A DNA stretch of 64,000 nucleotides from IMG/VR virus record IMGVR_UViG_3300029267_002792. The stretch is one strand, 5' to 3'. Below are positions 8,607 to 16,750 of the stretch, piece by piece. Numbering within the stretch: position 1 is the first letter of the stretch; every line of letters begins with the position of its first letter. The notes beneath the pieces are model-generated. The model ran no database searches. It was not told the origin of the DNA and was given only the letters and a program-made list of their open reading frames with translations. The stretch is from a virus. The translations under genes were made by a program, and so were the position numbers.

Positions 8607-9626
8607 TCAGTACCGCCTCATGTTCTTTTCGAGTTTGCCGATCAGCCCCTCTTCGTCGCGATACTCGGACGAAGGGGTGCTGTCATCCCAAGACCGCCTT
8701 TTCTTCAGGTGGTTCAAGACCGCATACAGGAGCTTCCACGGAACTGGATTGCCCGCCTTCGCGATCTTCAGAGCCTTGGAAAACACGTCGTTCGGACCGC
8801 GCACATTCTTCTCCAGAGCCGCTATGTCCCACTTAGACATTTTCAGCGCAGAAAGTTCTGCCTCGTCCAGCTCCACCTTCGGGAGCGCCCACGAGGGGTA
8901 CTCCCAGCGGGGGTTGCGGCAGCGGTCGATGAGGTCGGCCTTCATCTTCTCCAGCGTCGAAGGCTCAGCGTCCGAGACAGCGAAAGCTCCGGGAGCCCCG
9001 GCGACGGACTCCTTCATGCCCTTCGGCATCATTTTGTTCAGCTTCGCGAAGACGGGTCGAGCCTTCGCGAAGACCGCTCCGGGGTTGTCGTACCGATTCG
9101 ACTTGGAGCCTCTGCCGAGATCGAAAGAGAACGTCTTCTCGAACTTCCGGTCGTCCGCCTGTGTACCCTTCCGACGCACCGTGCCGTTGATACGCAAGAA
9201 GACCTCGCGAACATCGTTCGGTTTTGAGTGCCTGGGGGAGACCTCGTACTCGACACGATACATCCGAATCACGCCCGCATTGTCCACGTGGTTGAGCTGA
9301 AGACTCAGCGCGGCGAAGGTGCCGAAGGGAACGAACACCCGTCCATGCCGCATAGCAGCCCCGTAAGAGGTCCACCCCCCATAACCACTCATCTTCTCTA
9401 ACGCCGCACGGAAGCGAGGCTGAGCCTTGTTCAGGCGCGGAATCATCTTCTGCATCTCAGCCATCGAGTGCTGGTAAAGTCTCTCGTCCTCTTCTTCGTC
9501 CTCGTCATCATCTGAGAACAAATCGTCGAGAGCCCCCTCTTCGAGTCCACCATCCGCAGTCAGGGACCAATGCTTCCGAGCCCTACCCGGCATAAGATTG
9601 CGAGCTTCTTCAAGAATGGATGCCAT
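8607..9626 (-). CDS. Hypothetical protein (339 aa), candidate head cargo
   Basis: N-terminal ILEEA and GLEEG, an acidic tract, and tight operon packing. Confidence 0.65.
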   Translation of the reverse strand: MASILEEARNLMPGRARKHWSLTADGGLEEGALDDLFSDDDEDEEEDERLYQHSMAEMQKMIPRLNKAQPRFRAALEKMSGYGGWTSYGAAMRHGRVFVPFGTFAALSLQLNHVDNAGVIRMYRVEYEVSPRHSKPNDVREVFLRINGTVRRKGTQADDRKFEKTFSFDLGRGSKSNRYDNPGAVFAKARPVFAKLNKMMPKGMKESVAGAPGAFAVSDAEPSTLEKMKADLIDRCRNPRWEYPSWALPKVELDEAELSALKMSKWDIAALEKNVRGPNDVFSKALKIAKAGNPVPWKLLYAVLNHLKKRRSWDDSTPSSEYRDEEGLIGKLEKNMRRY

Positions 9627-9635
9627 AGTCGTCCC

Positions 9636-9935
9636 CTACGTCACGCTCATAGAGCGAATTCGCACAGCCCACCTCACTCGCCGAGAATGAGAATGGGCTT
9701 TCATTGACTCGATCTCTTGTACCACATGGGTCGCTAGCTGAAACAGGGCAGTCTTCTCATCGTCTCCCCCGGTTCGATCCGGGTGGCACTCAAGAGCTAC
9801 AAGCTTGTAGGTCCCCTTCACACGCCGCTGGAGGGCTTCCAGGGACCGCTGACACGACTGCGCACGCACGAGATCGGAGTGGTCAACACCCAACTTCGAC
9901 ATGACCTCCGCAACCTGTGCGTCCGAGTAGTCCAT
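9636..9935 (-). CDS. J-domain (DnaJ-like) protein
   Basis: VKGTYKLVALECHPDRTGGDDEKTALFQ contains the HPD tripeptide in helix II-loop-helix III context. Confidence 0.75.
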   Translation of the reverse strand: MDYSDAQVAEVMSKLGVDHSDLVRAQSCQRSLEALQRRVKGTYKLVALECHPDRTGGDDEKTALFQLATHVVQEIESMKAHSHSRRVRWAVRIRSMSVT

Positions 9936-10546
9936 CACAGCCTCAGCCGGAGCCCCGTCCACTCGGTGAACAGCGGCTGAAGCTGGTCGAAGTAGATGCC
10001 AGAGTAGGTCTTGACCTTCTTCACCTTGGTCCCACCGCCGCTGATGACTGAAAACTCCATGTCGTAGGTGTCATCGCCGCGGAGCGTGATCTTCACGTAA
10101 TTCCCCTTGGACCGCTTGCGATTCGGGAACTGGAAGGAGAGGGACTGGCCGTGGTCGATGAAGTGTTTGGCGCCGATCATCGCCTTCAGGCGGCCGGAGC
10201 CCCCCATCTGCTTCAGGATGGTCCTCGCGACCGACTCATCCAACGCCTCAACCTTCGGAGCCGGCTTCGCCCCGTGACTCTTCAAAAATGCGAGAAGATC
10301 GCCCGGGTCAGCATCACGAGGCTCGACTGAAGTCAGAATCCCGCCCAGGCGGCTAGCCTTGTCTTCCAGCTCCACGCCCTTTCCAACCTTCCGGTATCGC
10401 AGGAACTTCACGTCCGCCGGCTTGACGGCCTTGACGGAGAATGCCTTGGCCAGGACCCCCAGCATGGGGTCGGCCGACGCCTTTTCAGTGAGCGAGGGAC
10501 CAACACCAGTCAGTCGGTTGTACTCTTCGATAAGATGCTGCATCAC
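9935..10546 (-). CDS. Two-domain hypothetical protein (203 aa), candidate head cargo
   Basis: N-terminal LIEE..RLTGV..LTE. An LDES linker precedes a compact domain (VARTILKQMGG..MIGAKHF..YVKITL..DDTYDMEF). Confidence 0.7.
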   Translation of the reverse strand: MMQHLIEEYNRLTGVGPSLTEKASADPMLGVLAKAFSVKAVKPADVKFLRYRKVGKGVELEDKASRLGGILTSVEPRDADPGDLLAFLKSHGAKPAPKVEALDESVARTILKQMGGSGRLKAMIGAKHFIDHGQSLSFQFPNRKRSKGNYVKITLRGDDTYDMEFSVISGGGTKVKKVKTYSGIYFDQLQPLFTEWTGLRLRL

Positions 10547-10878
10547 AATCTCCTCAACATCGCGGCGAGGCGACGGCGACGCTCAGCCCCGTCCTCTACC
10601 TGGTTGATGCGCTCCAGCTGCTCACGGTCGGCATCCGCGCGAACCTTGGCTTCAATGCGAGCAACGGTCGCCTCTTCTTCAGCCTGTGCCACCCGCTCCG
10701 TGATCCGCTCGTCAACAGGAGGCAACGGCTGCGGCTCTCCCGGCTTCGGTGGAGGCTTGGAGGGACGACCAGTGAAAAGACCCCGGAGGATGAAAACGAC
10801 AATCAGGAGCACAGCCCCCGAAACGCTCAAAATCACCCACTTGGACCGCTTCCATAGCGCTTTGAGCCACGCCGACAT
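10543..10878 (-). CDS. Single N-terminal TM protein with Pro-rich linker and coiled coil (i-spanin-like topology)
   Basis: WVILSVSGAVLLIVVFILRGLF TM segment, then a PSKPPPKPGEPQPLPP linker and a helical C-terminus. Confidence 0.6.
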   Translation of the reverse strand: MSAWLKALWKRSKWVILSVSGAVLLIVVFILRGLFTGRPSKPPPKPGEPQPLPPVDERITERVAQAEEEATVARIEAKVRADADREQLERINQVEDGAERRRRLAAMLRRL

Positions 10879-10922
10879 GACGTAGCGATCATACATCTAA
10901 ACGACGTAGAGTGATAGTCGGC

Positions 10923-11204
10923 TCAGAACAACGCCAGCTGCCGCGCGATAGCTCGCCCATCAATGGGCTTGATCAATGGCTCAACGAGATCGATATACAC
11001 GCTTATGCCCAAACGATGCAGGCGGTCTCGCAAATCTGGAACCGAGGGCTCCTTCGCCTGGATCGTGTACCAGCCGGCGGTTGAGTCCACCTCGGTTCCC
11101 AAGCCGTGCTCGTAAACACGCCCCAACTTGGCCACCTCACGTTTGAAAGCCTCAACGGATTCTCGGGTATTGCACCGAGGTACCCGCAGGAAGTACCACG
11201 CCAT
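10923..11204 (-). CDS. Hypothetical protein (93 aa)
   Basis: ATG with upstream GGAGG. Loosely resembles the segment preceding the NUDIX domain in the adjacent gene. Confidence 0.55.
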   Translation of the reverse strand: MAWYFLRVPRCNTRESVEAFKREVAKLGRVYEHGLGTEVDSTAGWYTIQAKEPSVPDLRDRLHRLGISVYIDLVEPLIKPIDGRAIARQLALF

Positions 11205-11227
11205 CGTCCGCCTCCCAAACTCTCGTC

Positions 11228-12061
11228 CTAGCGCTGGTAGTACTTCAGCGCCTGTCTCGCCAGCCGAGCCACGTGTCGGTCCCGCTTGTTGTGCTGGAAC
11301 AGGTGGTCGGCTTCGTCCCACGTCACCAAACGCGCCCACTCGGTTTCCCGAGTCGGGCGGGGGTGCCCTCCCGTCTTCACGGCGAGGAAATAGTGGGTCC
11401 AGGAGTAGGACCCCTCGAACTTCCCCAGGTAGGACACCTTGCCTGGCAGGATCTTCACGCGGAGACCTGTCTCCTCCCATACCTCGCGAAGAGCCGTCTG
11501 TCGGAGGGACTCTCCCTTGTCCACGCTCCCCTTCGGGAAGCTCGGAGGTCCGTAGTTGTTCGAGGGCTTGATCACGTAGACATGATCCAAGTCATCCATC
11601 GAATCGATAACGACGCATCCGGCCGAAGTCCATTTTGGCTTAGGCTTCGCCGGCTCCTTGCCAACGATCAACGCCCCCTTGTTCTCAGCTGACGCGGCTT
11701 TCGCCTCGGCCCTAGAGACAACGGCCATGTGGTAGTAGCCGCCAGTCTCAATCTTCGGGTGACCGACCGCCAGACCGAGCCCCAGCTCCTTCAGCCGTTT
11801 GGCGAATGCCTCCACCCCCACCGAGTGCTTCGGAACCTTCAGCATGACCAGATTCGGATCGGCGTCCTTAGCACCCGAAGGGGTGTACTTGAACACCTCG
11901 ATCGGGCGGGGCTTCGGGGTTTTGGGGCTCAAGGTCTTGGGCGTGGACGTGGAATGGTACCCTCCCTTCTTGGGGAGCGGTCCCATTGCCTTAGCGACTT
12001 GACCGAGCTTCATCCCTAGCAAGCCAAGCGGGGGAGGTTCGTACGGTTTCTTCCCGGCCAT
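11228..12061 (-). CDS. NUDIX hydrolase with N-terminal extension
   Basis: Complete NUDIX box GSVDKGESLRQTALREVWEETGL. Confidence 0.9.
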   Translation of the reverse strand: MAGKKPYEPPPLGLLGMKLGQVAKAMGPLPKKGGYHSTSTPKTLSPKTPKPRPIEVFKYTPSGAKDADPNLVMLKVPKHSVGVEAFAKRLKELGLGLAVGHPKIETGGYYHMAVVSRAEAKAASAENKGALIVGKEPAKPKPKWTSAGCVVIDSMDDLDHVYVIKPSNNYGPPSFPKGSVDKGESLRQTALREVWEETGLRVKILPGKVSYLGKFEGSYSWTHYFLAVKTGGHPRPTRETEWARLVTWDEADHLFQHNKRDRHVARLARQALKYYQR

Positions 12062-12065
12062 CGCT

Positions 12066-12500
12066 TCACCACGCGTACACTACAAAATCGTTGCCATTAC
12101 CGCGTACAGCGATCCCAGCTTCCTTCCGCGACATCAGAATCGAGCCAGACGCCGGTACTTGTCCGTGATCGTTCACACCGTCAAATGAGAAGTAGATTGC
12201 CGACACCCCGTTGTTGATGATCATCATCTCCTCGGACCAGATCATGGGGTGGGGATCATCCCCGCGCTGCCCAGTCCCTAGAGGGGGAGCCCCCAGGTTG
12301 GTGGGGCCGCTATAGTCCGGGGCTGACACATCTTCCCCCGGACGAACTTCTGGGAGAGGTGTGTACGGGTTTGCCCCAACCTGATCGGCGAATAGGTAGG
12401 CCCGATCGGCGTAGGCTGCTGTAGCCGTCGCCGCGATGTAAAATCGGATGTTTCGTTGTCCGCTCGGGAACCTTGGCGGCCATCCTGTCGGGAAAGGCAT
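12066..12500 (-). CDS. Hypothetical virion-type beta-rich protein (144 aa)
   Basis: Operon-packed ORF with a beta-strand-rich C-terminus. No family recognised. Confidence 0.6.
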   Translation of the reverse strand: MPFPTGWPPRFPSGQRNIRFYIAATATAAYADRAYLFADQVGANPYTPLPEVRPGEDVSAPDYSGPTNLGAPPLGTGQRGDDPHPMIWSEEMMIINNGVSAIYFSFDGVNDHGQVPASGSILMSRKEAGIAVRGNGNDFVVYAW

Positions 12501-12501
12501 G

Positions 12502-12702
12502 TCACTCCTCCTCGATCACCAGCGTGATGGCACGAGCAAGCAGCTGGGCCACCGTCATGTTTTTCTTCGCCGCCGCGTCGGACAGGGCCTTGTAGACCGG
12601 ACTGGGAAATGGAAGCATGATCCAATCCTCCCCAGGCTCCGGCGCAGCGTCGGCCTCAGCCTCGATCTCGTCGATATGTGAAGCTACCGGTCTGATCGGC
12701 AT
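12502..12702 (-). CDS. Small RHH-like protein (66 aa)
   Basis: IMLPFPSPVYKALSDAAAKKNMTVAQLLARAI fits the strand-helix-helix pattern. Confidence 0.5.
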   Translation of the reverse strand: MPIRPVASHIDEIEAEADAAPEPGEDWIMLPFPSPVYKALSDAAAKKNMTVAQLLARAITLVIEEE

Positions 12703-12742
12703 CCCCTGAAACCTACCATCTCGGAGGGTTGTACTACAAGGG

Positions 12743-13177
12743 CTAGGGTGCTCCACGCTTCGGGAGCCAATGCCCCATGCCCCACGAATTGTACGGACCA
12801 CCGGGCGTGCTACCCCCGATCCTAGGCCGCTTCTGCCAAGCAGCACCCGCCTTGCGCCACTCAATGGCCATTTCGAGGAGCCGCCAATCTTCCGGGGACA
12901 GATCGAGAGGATCAACACCAGAGTTCTCGATCGCCTTCTTCAGGAGGTCAACCTCATCCAACTCGGGATGTTTGGGGATGAGATCGGAGGCGTGCTTCCA
13001 CACTACCTCTGCTGTCTCGGTGCGGTAGGGCCACGCCTGCTGCACACCATCCCGGTTCATCGGGACGGATAGCTGCCCTAACGGCGCGTAGAACCCCTTC
13101 CACGCGGCTGAAGAACGCTGCGGACTCGGAGCCCCCAGCGTCTCTCCCAAGACCTTCAGGAGGGCTTTTCGGCTCAT
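12743..13177 (-). CDS. Hypothetical protein (144 aa)
   Basis: ATG overlaps the upstream stop at 13174 (ATGA coupling). Confidence 0.55.
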   Translation of the reverse strand: MSRKALLKVLGETLGAPSPQRSSAAWKGFYAPLGQLSVPMNRDGVQQAWPYRTETAEVVWKHASDLIPKHPELDEVDLLKKAIENSGVDPLDLSPEDWRLLEMAIEWRKAGAAWQKRPRIGGSTPGGPYNSWGMGHWLPKRGAP

Positions 13178-14007
13178 GGTGACACTCCTGATGCACCGGC
13201 CCGAGCCGCAGCGACCATCTTGTGCCAAACCATATACTGATCCATACCTGCTGCCGACGGGAACCTAACTCGCCCAGCTCTCTGCGGGACCTCGGCGAAG
13301 GCGAGGCTCACCGAGGCGATTCGGATGTTCCCAGAGGGGAAGAACGCCTCAAGCGTGATGTCGCAAGAGGTCATAATACAGAGGACACCCCCACCGCGAG
13401 GGCTGAACCCTCCCGCCCCGCCAAACAGCTCGATCTCAGAGCCGGGAAAGTGGAGCAGGAGCTTGTGTGGCGGCCTGGTGAGAGGAACACCGATCTCAGC
13501 GTTCTCCCCGTACCGCGGAAGCATGAACCGACGGAGCCAAATCAGCATACCGGGAATGAACGGACTCCGGTCCCGAACCCCCGAAGCTTGAAGGCGCTTG
13601 TACAAAGCCTCAATCGCCCCGTCCACTGTCTGCGTCCGAAACTCAACACCCGGTGGAAGAGTCTGGTCACCTAGTAGCGACCCTGTCCCTCCGTCGTAAT
13701 CAATCGTCTGCTGGTCCGCCAGGTGATCAACGTCGGTTGTGAAGTAAGCTGTGAACGAGATCGCCCGCTCTCCCGACCCTGTAAATTGGTAGAGGGGGAG
13801 AGTCCCCCCGGGGACCTCTTTCGGCTGGTAGTTGACTTGCTTTGTGTCGGAAACGGACTCGGGGAAGTACTGGAATTTTCTCCACTGAGGAACCCCAGTC
13901 GTCATAGCTGGGCGGTCATCGTCATTCAGCTCGGTCAGGTAGACCTCACTGCGACGAGTAGCGGAGACGCTCTGAATCCCCGCCGCCAGCGTCCCCAGGG
14001 TCGGCAC
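13174..14007 (-). CDS. Tube-fold baseplate/tube initiator protein (CIS-tube / gp48-gp54-like)
   Basis: FQYFPESVSDTKQVNY....PGGTLPLYQFTGSGERAISFTAYF, followed by a P.K.LL.F motif and a C-terminal ..SVSLAFAE. Confidence 0.65.
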   Translation of the reverse strand: MPTLGTLAAGIQSVSATRRSEVYLTELNDDDRPAMTTGVPQWRKFQYFPESVSDTKQVNYQPKEVPGGTLPLYQFTGSGERAISFTAYFTTDVDHLADQQTIDYDGGTGSLLGDQTLPPGVEFRTQTVDGAIEALYKRLQASGVRDRSPFIPGMLIWLRRFMLPRYGENAEIGVPLTRPPHKLLLHFPGSEIELFGGAGGFSPRGGGVLCIMTSCDITLEAFFPSGNIRIASVSLAFAEVPQRAGRVRFPSAAGMDQYMVWHKMVAAARAGASGVSP

Positions 14008-14021
14008 TCAGCCCTCCCGGC

Positions 14022-14546
14022 CTAGTCCGACTCGTAGCCCTTGTGGTGCGGCTTCTTCGGGGCTTTGAAGGTCTTCCCGGCAGCGAAGCGCTTGGCGTGC
14101 TTCTGGCGCCACTTCTTGTAGCGCTGGTTGTAGCCCGCCTTGTACTGCTTCTTGATCTCGACGTGCTTGACCTTGCCCTTGTTCTCCTCGCCCTTGCCGG
14201 TGCAGATGCAGTGGTAGTGGCTGCAACGGCAGCGCCACTGCCCCCTCTTCCGGCCAGGAGTCGTCGTGCTCGGACCCTTGATACGAGCCACAGCTTTCGA
14301 GGTGCCGCCGAGGTGCTTGCCCTTCTTCAAGTTCTTGAAAGGGTTGTGCCGAGTAGAGGCCGCGTGACCCTTCTTGATCTTGGACATCACCTTCTTGGCG
14401 TGGGACTGGGCATCCGCACCGTGCTTCGGGTTGCCCTTCTCATGCGTCGCGGCGATCCGAGACATCACGCTCGCCTTGTGCGCCTTCTTCATGCCGGAGA
14501 CCTCGTGAAGATCGAGGATGCCACGCACCTCCTCCACGAGACTCAT
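14022..14546 (-). CDS. Highly basic Lys/His-rich protein with CRCSHYHCIC (174 aa), candidate DNA-condensing core protein
   Basis: Composition; N-terminal LVEE/LHE motifs. Confidence 0.6.
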   Translation of the reverse strand: MSLVEEVRGILDLHEVSGMKKAHKASVMSRIAATHEKGNPKHGADAQSHAKKVMSKIKKGHAASTRHNPFKNLKKGKHLGGTSKAVARIKGPSTTTPGRKRGQWRCRCSHYHCICTGKGEENKGKVKHVEIKKQYKAGYNQRYKKWRQKHAKRFAAGKTFKAPKKPHHKGYESD

Positions 14547-14608
14547 GATTCGCTCCATACGCTCCACGTCAAACCCTCCAAGTCTAGAACCGAGTTGTAC
14601 CACAGCCC

Positions 14609-14956
14609 CTACGCCGCGCCCAGCTCCTGCAGCTTCATATCCCACTTCACCGAGTTCACCAGGAAGACTTCCTCGATCGATCTCCCGAACGTGGGGTCCT
14701 GCTTCAGCACGTGAGCCGCGTTCCTGGACCTGCCGGCCGCATTGAAGGTGAAGGTATTGACTTCAGTCCCTCGCCTCCGAGTACCGACAAACATACCTGG
14801 CTGGATGGCCCTGAGAAGCATCAGAGACGTTCGCGTCCGAGAGGGGGAGAACCGCTCAACCAGCGCGGGCCAGTCCAGTGTCACGGCCTCGCCGTGCCTC
14901 TCCGGGACAAACTTCCCGTCCCGTATCCTGGCTGGCTGGAGAACAAACTCCGACAT
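14609..14956 (-). CDS. Hypothetical protein (115 aa)
   Basis: Start coupled to the upstream stop at 14956. Confidence 0.55.
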   Translation of the reverse strand: MSEFVLQPARIRDGKFVPERHGEAVTLDWPALVERFSPSRTRTSLMLLRAIQPGMFVGTRRRGTEVNTFTFNAAGRSRNAAHVLKQDPTFGRSIEEVFLVNSVKWDMKLQELGAA

Positions 14957-15264
14957 CAGATGTCTGCCCCGACCTTCCGAAGTGCCTCGACTGCCTGCGC
15001 GAGGTACAACCCCGCGTCGGTGTCGATAGCCTCCACGAGTGGGTAGAGGTTCTGCAGCGTGGCAAAGACCACACGGCGAACATCCGCTCGGGAGTTCATG
15101 GCCGTGTACGCCGGCAGGTCGCGACAGTACGCCAGGGCCGTTCGGGCAGCTCCCGAGAGGTTCCTGACGTCCGGCCGTGCCTGGTTCGAGGCCTCGTGCT
15201 TCCATCGGGAAAACGGCCCGGGAGCCATTACACGGGCTCGAACTTCTTCCAACAGGTGACCCAT
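14956..15264 (-). CDS. Hypothetical protein (102 aa)
   Basis: AGGAGGA Shine-Dalgarno; N-terminal HLLEEV. Confidence 0.6.
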   Translation of the reverse strand: MGHLLEEVRARVMAPGPFSRWKHEASNQARPDVRNLSGAARTALAYCRDLPAYTAMNSRADVRRVVFATLQNLYPLVEAIDTDAGLYLAQAVEALRKVGADI

Positions 15265-15303
15265 AGATCCTCCTAGGAGCTTACTCGCTGCAGGCAACGT
15301 CGA

Positions 15304-15645
15304 TCAGACAGCGTTGACGAACAGCTCTTCCTGGTCGCGCCGGTTCGCCTGGGCAGCCACGGTCAGCGTGCAGATGCCCGCCTGTACCAGCTGATTCCAC
15401 TTCTCGGAGACGGGCATCCCGCGCGCCATCTGCGAGCGGCTGTAGCGCCAATCCCGCGGATGCATGGGGAGCTGCTTCGTTCCCGCAATCGCCAGCGTGC
15501 CGATGTGGCTGAAGGGGTAGGGAAGCGGATCAGTCCGATGAGTGGCCTCCTGCGGGTGGTTACCACCTGGAAGCGAAACCCCGTCCTCACCCACGGCGGG
15601 AACGTTGATGGCACGGCCAGCAGTGTTGGTCACGGTGACTAGCAT
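15304..15645 (-). CDS. Hypothetical virion protein (113 aa), possible capsid decoration
   Basis: Strong GGAGG. The N-terminus MLVTVTN.. resembles MQVTFTN.. of 53205-53552. Confidence 0.6.
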   Translation of the reverse strand: MLVTVTNTAGRAINVPAVGEDGVSLPGGNHPQEATHRTDPLPYPFSHIGTLAIAGTKQLPMHPRDWRYSRSQMARGMPVSEKWNQLVQAGICTLTVAAQANRRDQEELFVNAV

Positions 15646-15659
15646 ATCGTTTGCCTCCT

Positions 15660-15678
15660 ACCGGGGGATAACCCCGGT
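15660..15678 (-). promoter_or_regulatory. GC-rich hairpin abutting the Shine-Dalgarno of 15304-15645
   Basis: ACCGGGG-TTATC-CCCCGGT immediately 5' of AGGAGG. Confidence 0.4.
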
Positions 15679-15724
15679 GTTCTTCGACAAAGCCTAGTGT
15701 AACTCCGATCGTCGAGTCAAGCTA

Positions 15725-16132
15725 CTAGTCTCCGACAGCCATGACAGTGATCTCCGTATCCACACTCGTGGCGTTCGATGCGAAGAGGTCAGTGATGCCC
15801 GAAGTCGACATGAGCAAATGCCCCTCCGTTGCTCCGGGAAGAGGCTCGACGGTCGTCGGCTCATTACCGATGGCGTTCTTCTTCACCGTGATAGCCCCCA
15901 ATGTTTCAGTCGGATCGGCAGCGTTCGTCCGGATGAGCACAAACCGCGCGGCCGAGATTTCGGTCATCATAACCGACACGTCCGTAGCACCTGCAGCTAG
16001 GAGCGTCTTCCGGACCCCGCCTTCCCCTGCATCATCGTTCACGACCTCGTACGAGACATTTCCAAGATCCTTCTCCTCCGCGGATGTGGAAGAGACAGAC
16101 GCTTCGATCGAGTACCTGATTCTAACGCTCAT
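15725..16132 (-). CDS. Hypothetical beta-sandwich virion protein (135 aa)
   Basis: Operon-packed and beta-rich. Confidence 0.6.
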   Translation of the reverse strand: MSVRIRYSIEASVSSTSAEEKDLGNVSYEVVNDDAGEGGVRKTLLAAGATDVSVMMTEISAARFVLIRTNAADPTETLGAITVKKNAIGNEPTTVEPLPGATEGHLLMSTSGITDLFASNATSVDTEITVMAVGD

Positions 16133-16140
16133 AGCTGCTC

Positions 16141-16347
16141 CTACTCATCATCGCTGTCGTCGATCAGCCCAGCCTGAACCGCCAACTCCTTCAAAAGCCG
16201 GTCCTTCTGCTTCGCCGTCAGCGTCTCAAAGGTCACCTCGCGAAAACGCGCCGCTCGTTCAGACCTCCGGGACCGCTGTGCCCGGCGGCGCGTCGTAGAG
16301 TCAGACTGCCCTGGAAGGTCGCTCACTTTTTTCATCTGCCGTGCCAT
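16141..16347 (-). CDS. Hypothetical protein (68 aa)
   Basis: Start/stop overlap with the upstream gene. Confidence 0.5.
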   Translation of the reverse strand: MARQMKKVSDLPGQSDSTTRRRAQRSRRSERAARFREVTFETLTAKQKDRLLKELAVQAGLIDDSDDE

Positions 16348-16742
16348 CAGTTGTCCTCCACCTTCTCCGCCACGATCTTCCAGACAGTGACCAAGACTTC
16401 ACTCAGGTCAGTCGCTCCCGCCGGAACGTTCATGTGGAACAGACGATTCAAAAGCCGGTAAGGACCCGATTCGCTGAATCGATAACGCCGATCCCCGCGC
16501 TCGACCGCCACCTCATCCACCAAGAGATCGAGCTTTCCCGACTCCCGATCCTGCACAACATATCCGAACACGGACACCGGATAGTCGTCATCGCTAACAA
16601 TAGTGCAGGCAGCCGACGGGACAGTACCTACCACCTCACCCAGTGTGACCTTCCCCCCGACCACCGAGATTTCCATCCCTTCCACGGATACCTCAAGATC
16701 CATAGAAAGCGTATCAGAGAGAGCCTCTGCGTACGTGATCAT
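16347..16742 (-). CDS. Hypothetical protein (131 aa)
   Basis: Operon-packed ORF with a GAGG Shine-Dalgarno. Confidence 0.6.
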   Translation of the reverse strand: MITYAEALSDTLSMDLEVSVEGMEISVVGGKVTLGEVVGTVPSAACTIVSDDDYPVSVFGYVVQDRESGKLDLLVDEVAVERGDRRYRFSESGPYRLLNRLFHMNVPAGATDLSEVLVTVWKIVAEKVEDN

Positions 16743-16750
16743 GATACCTC

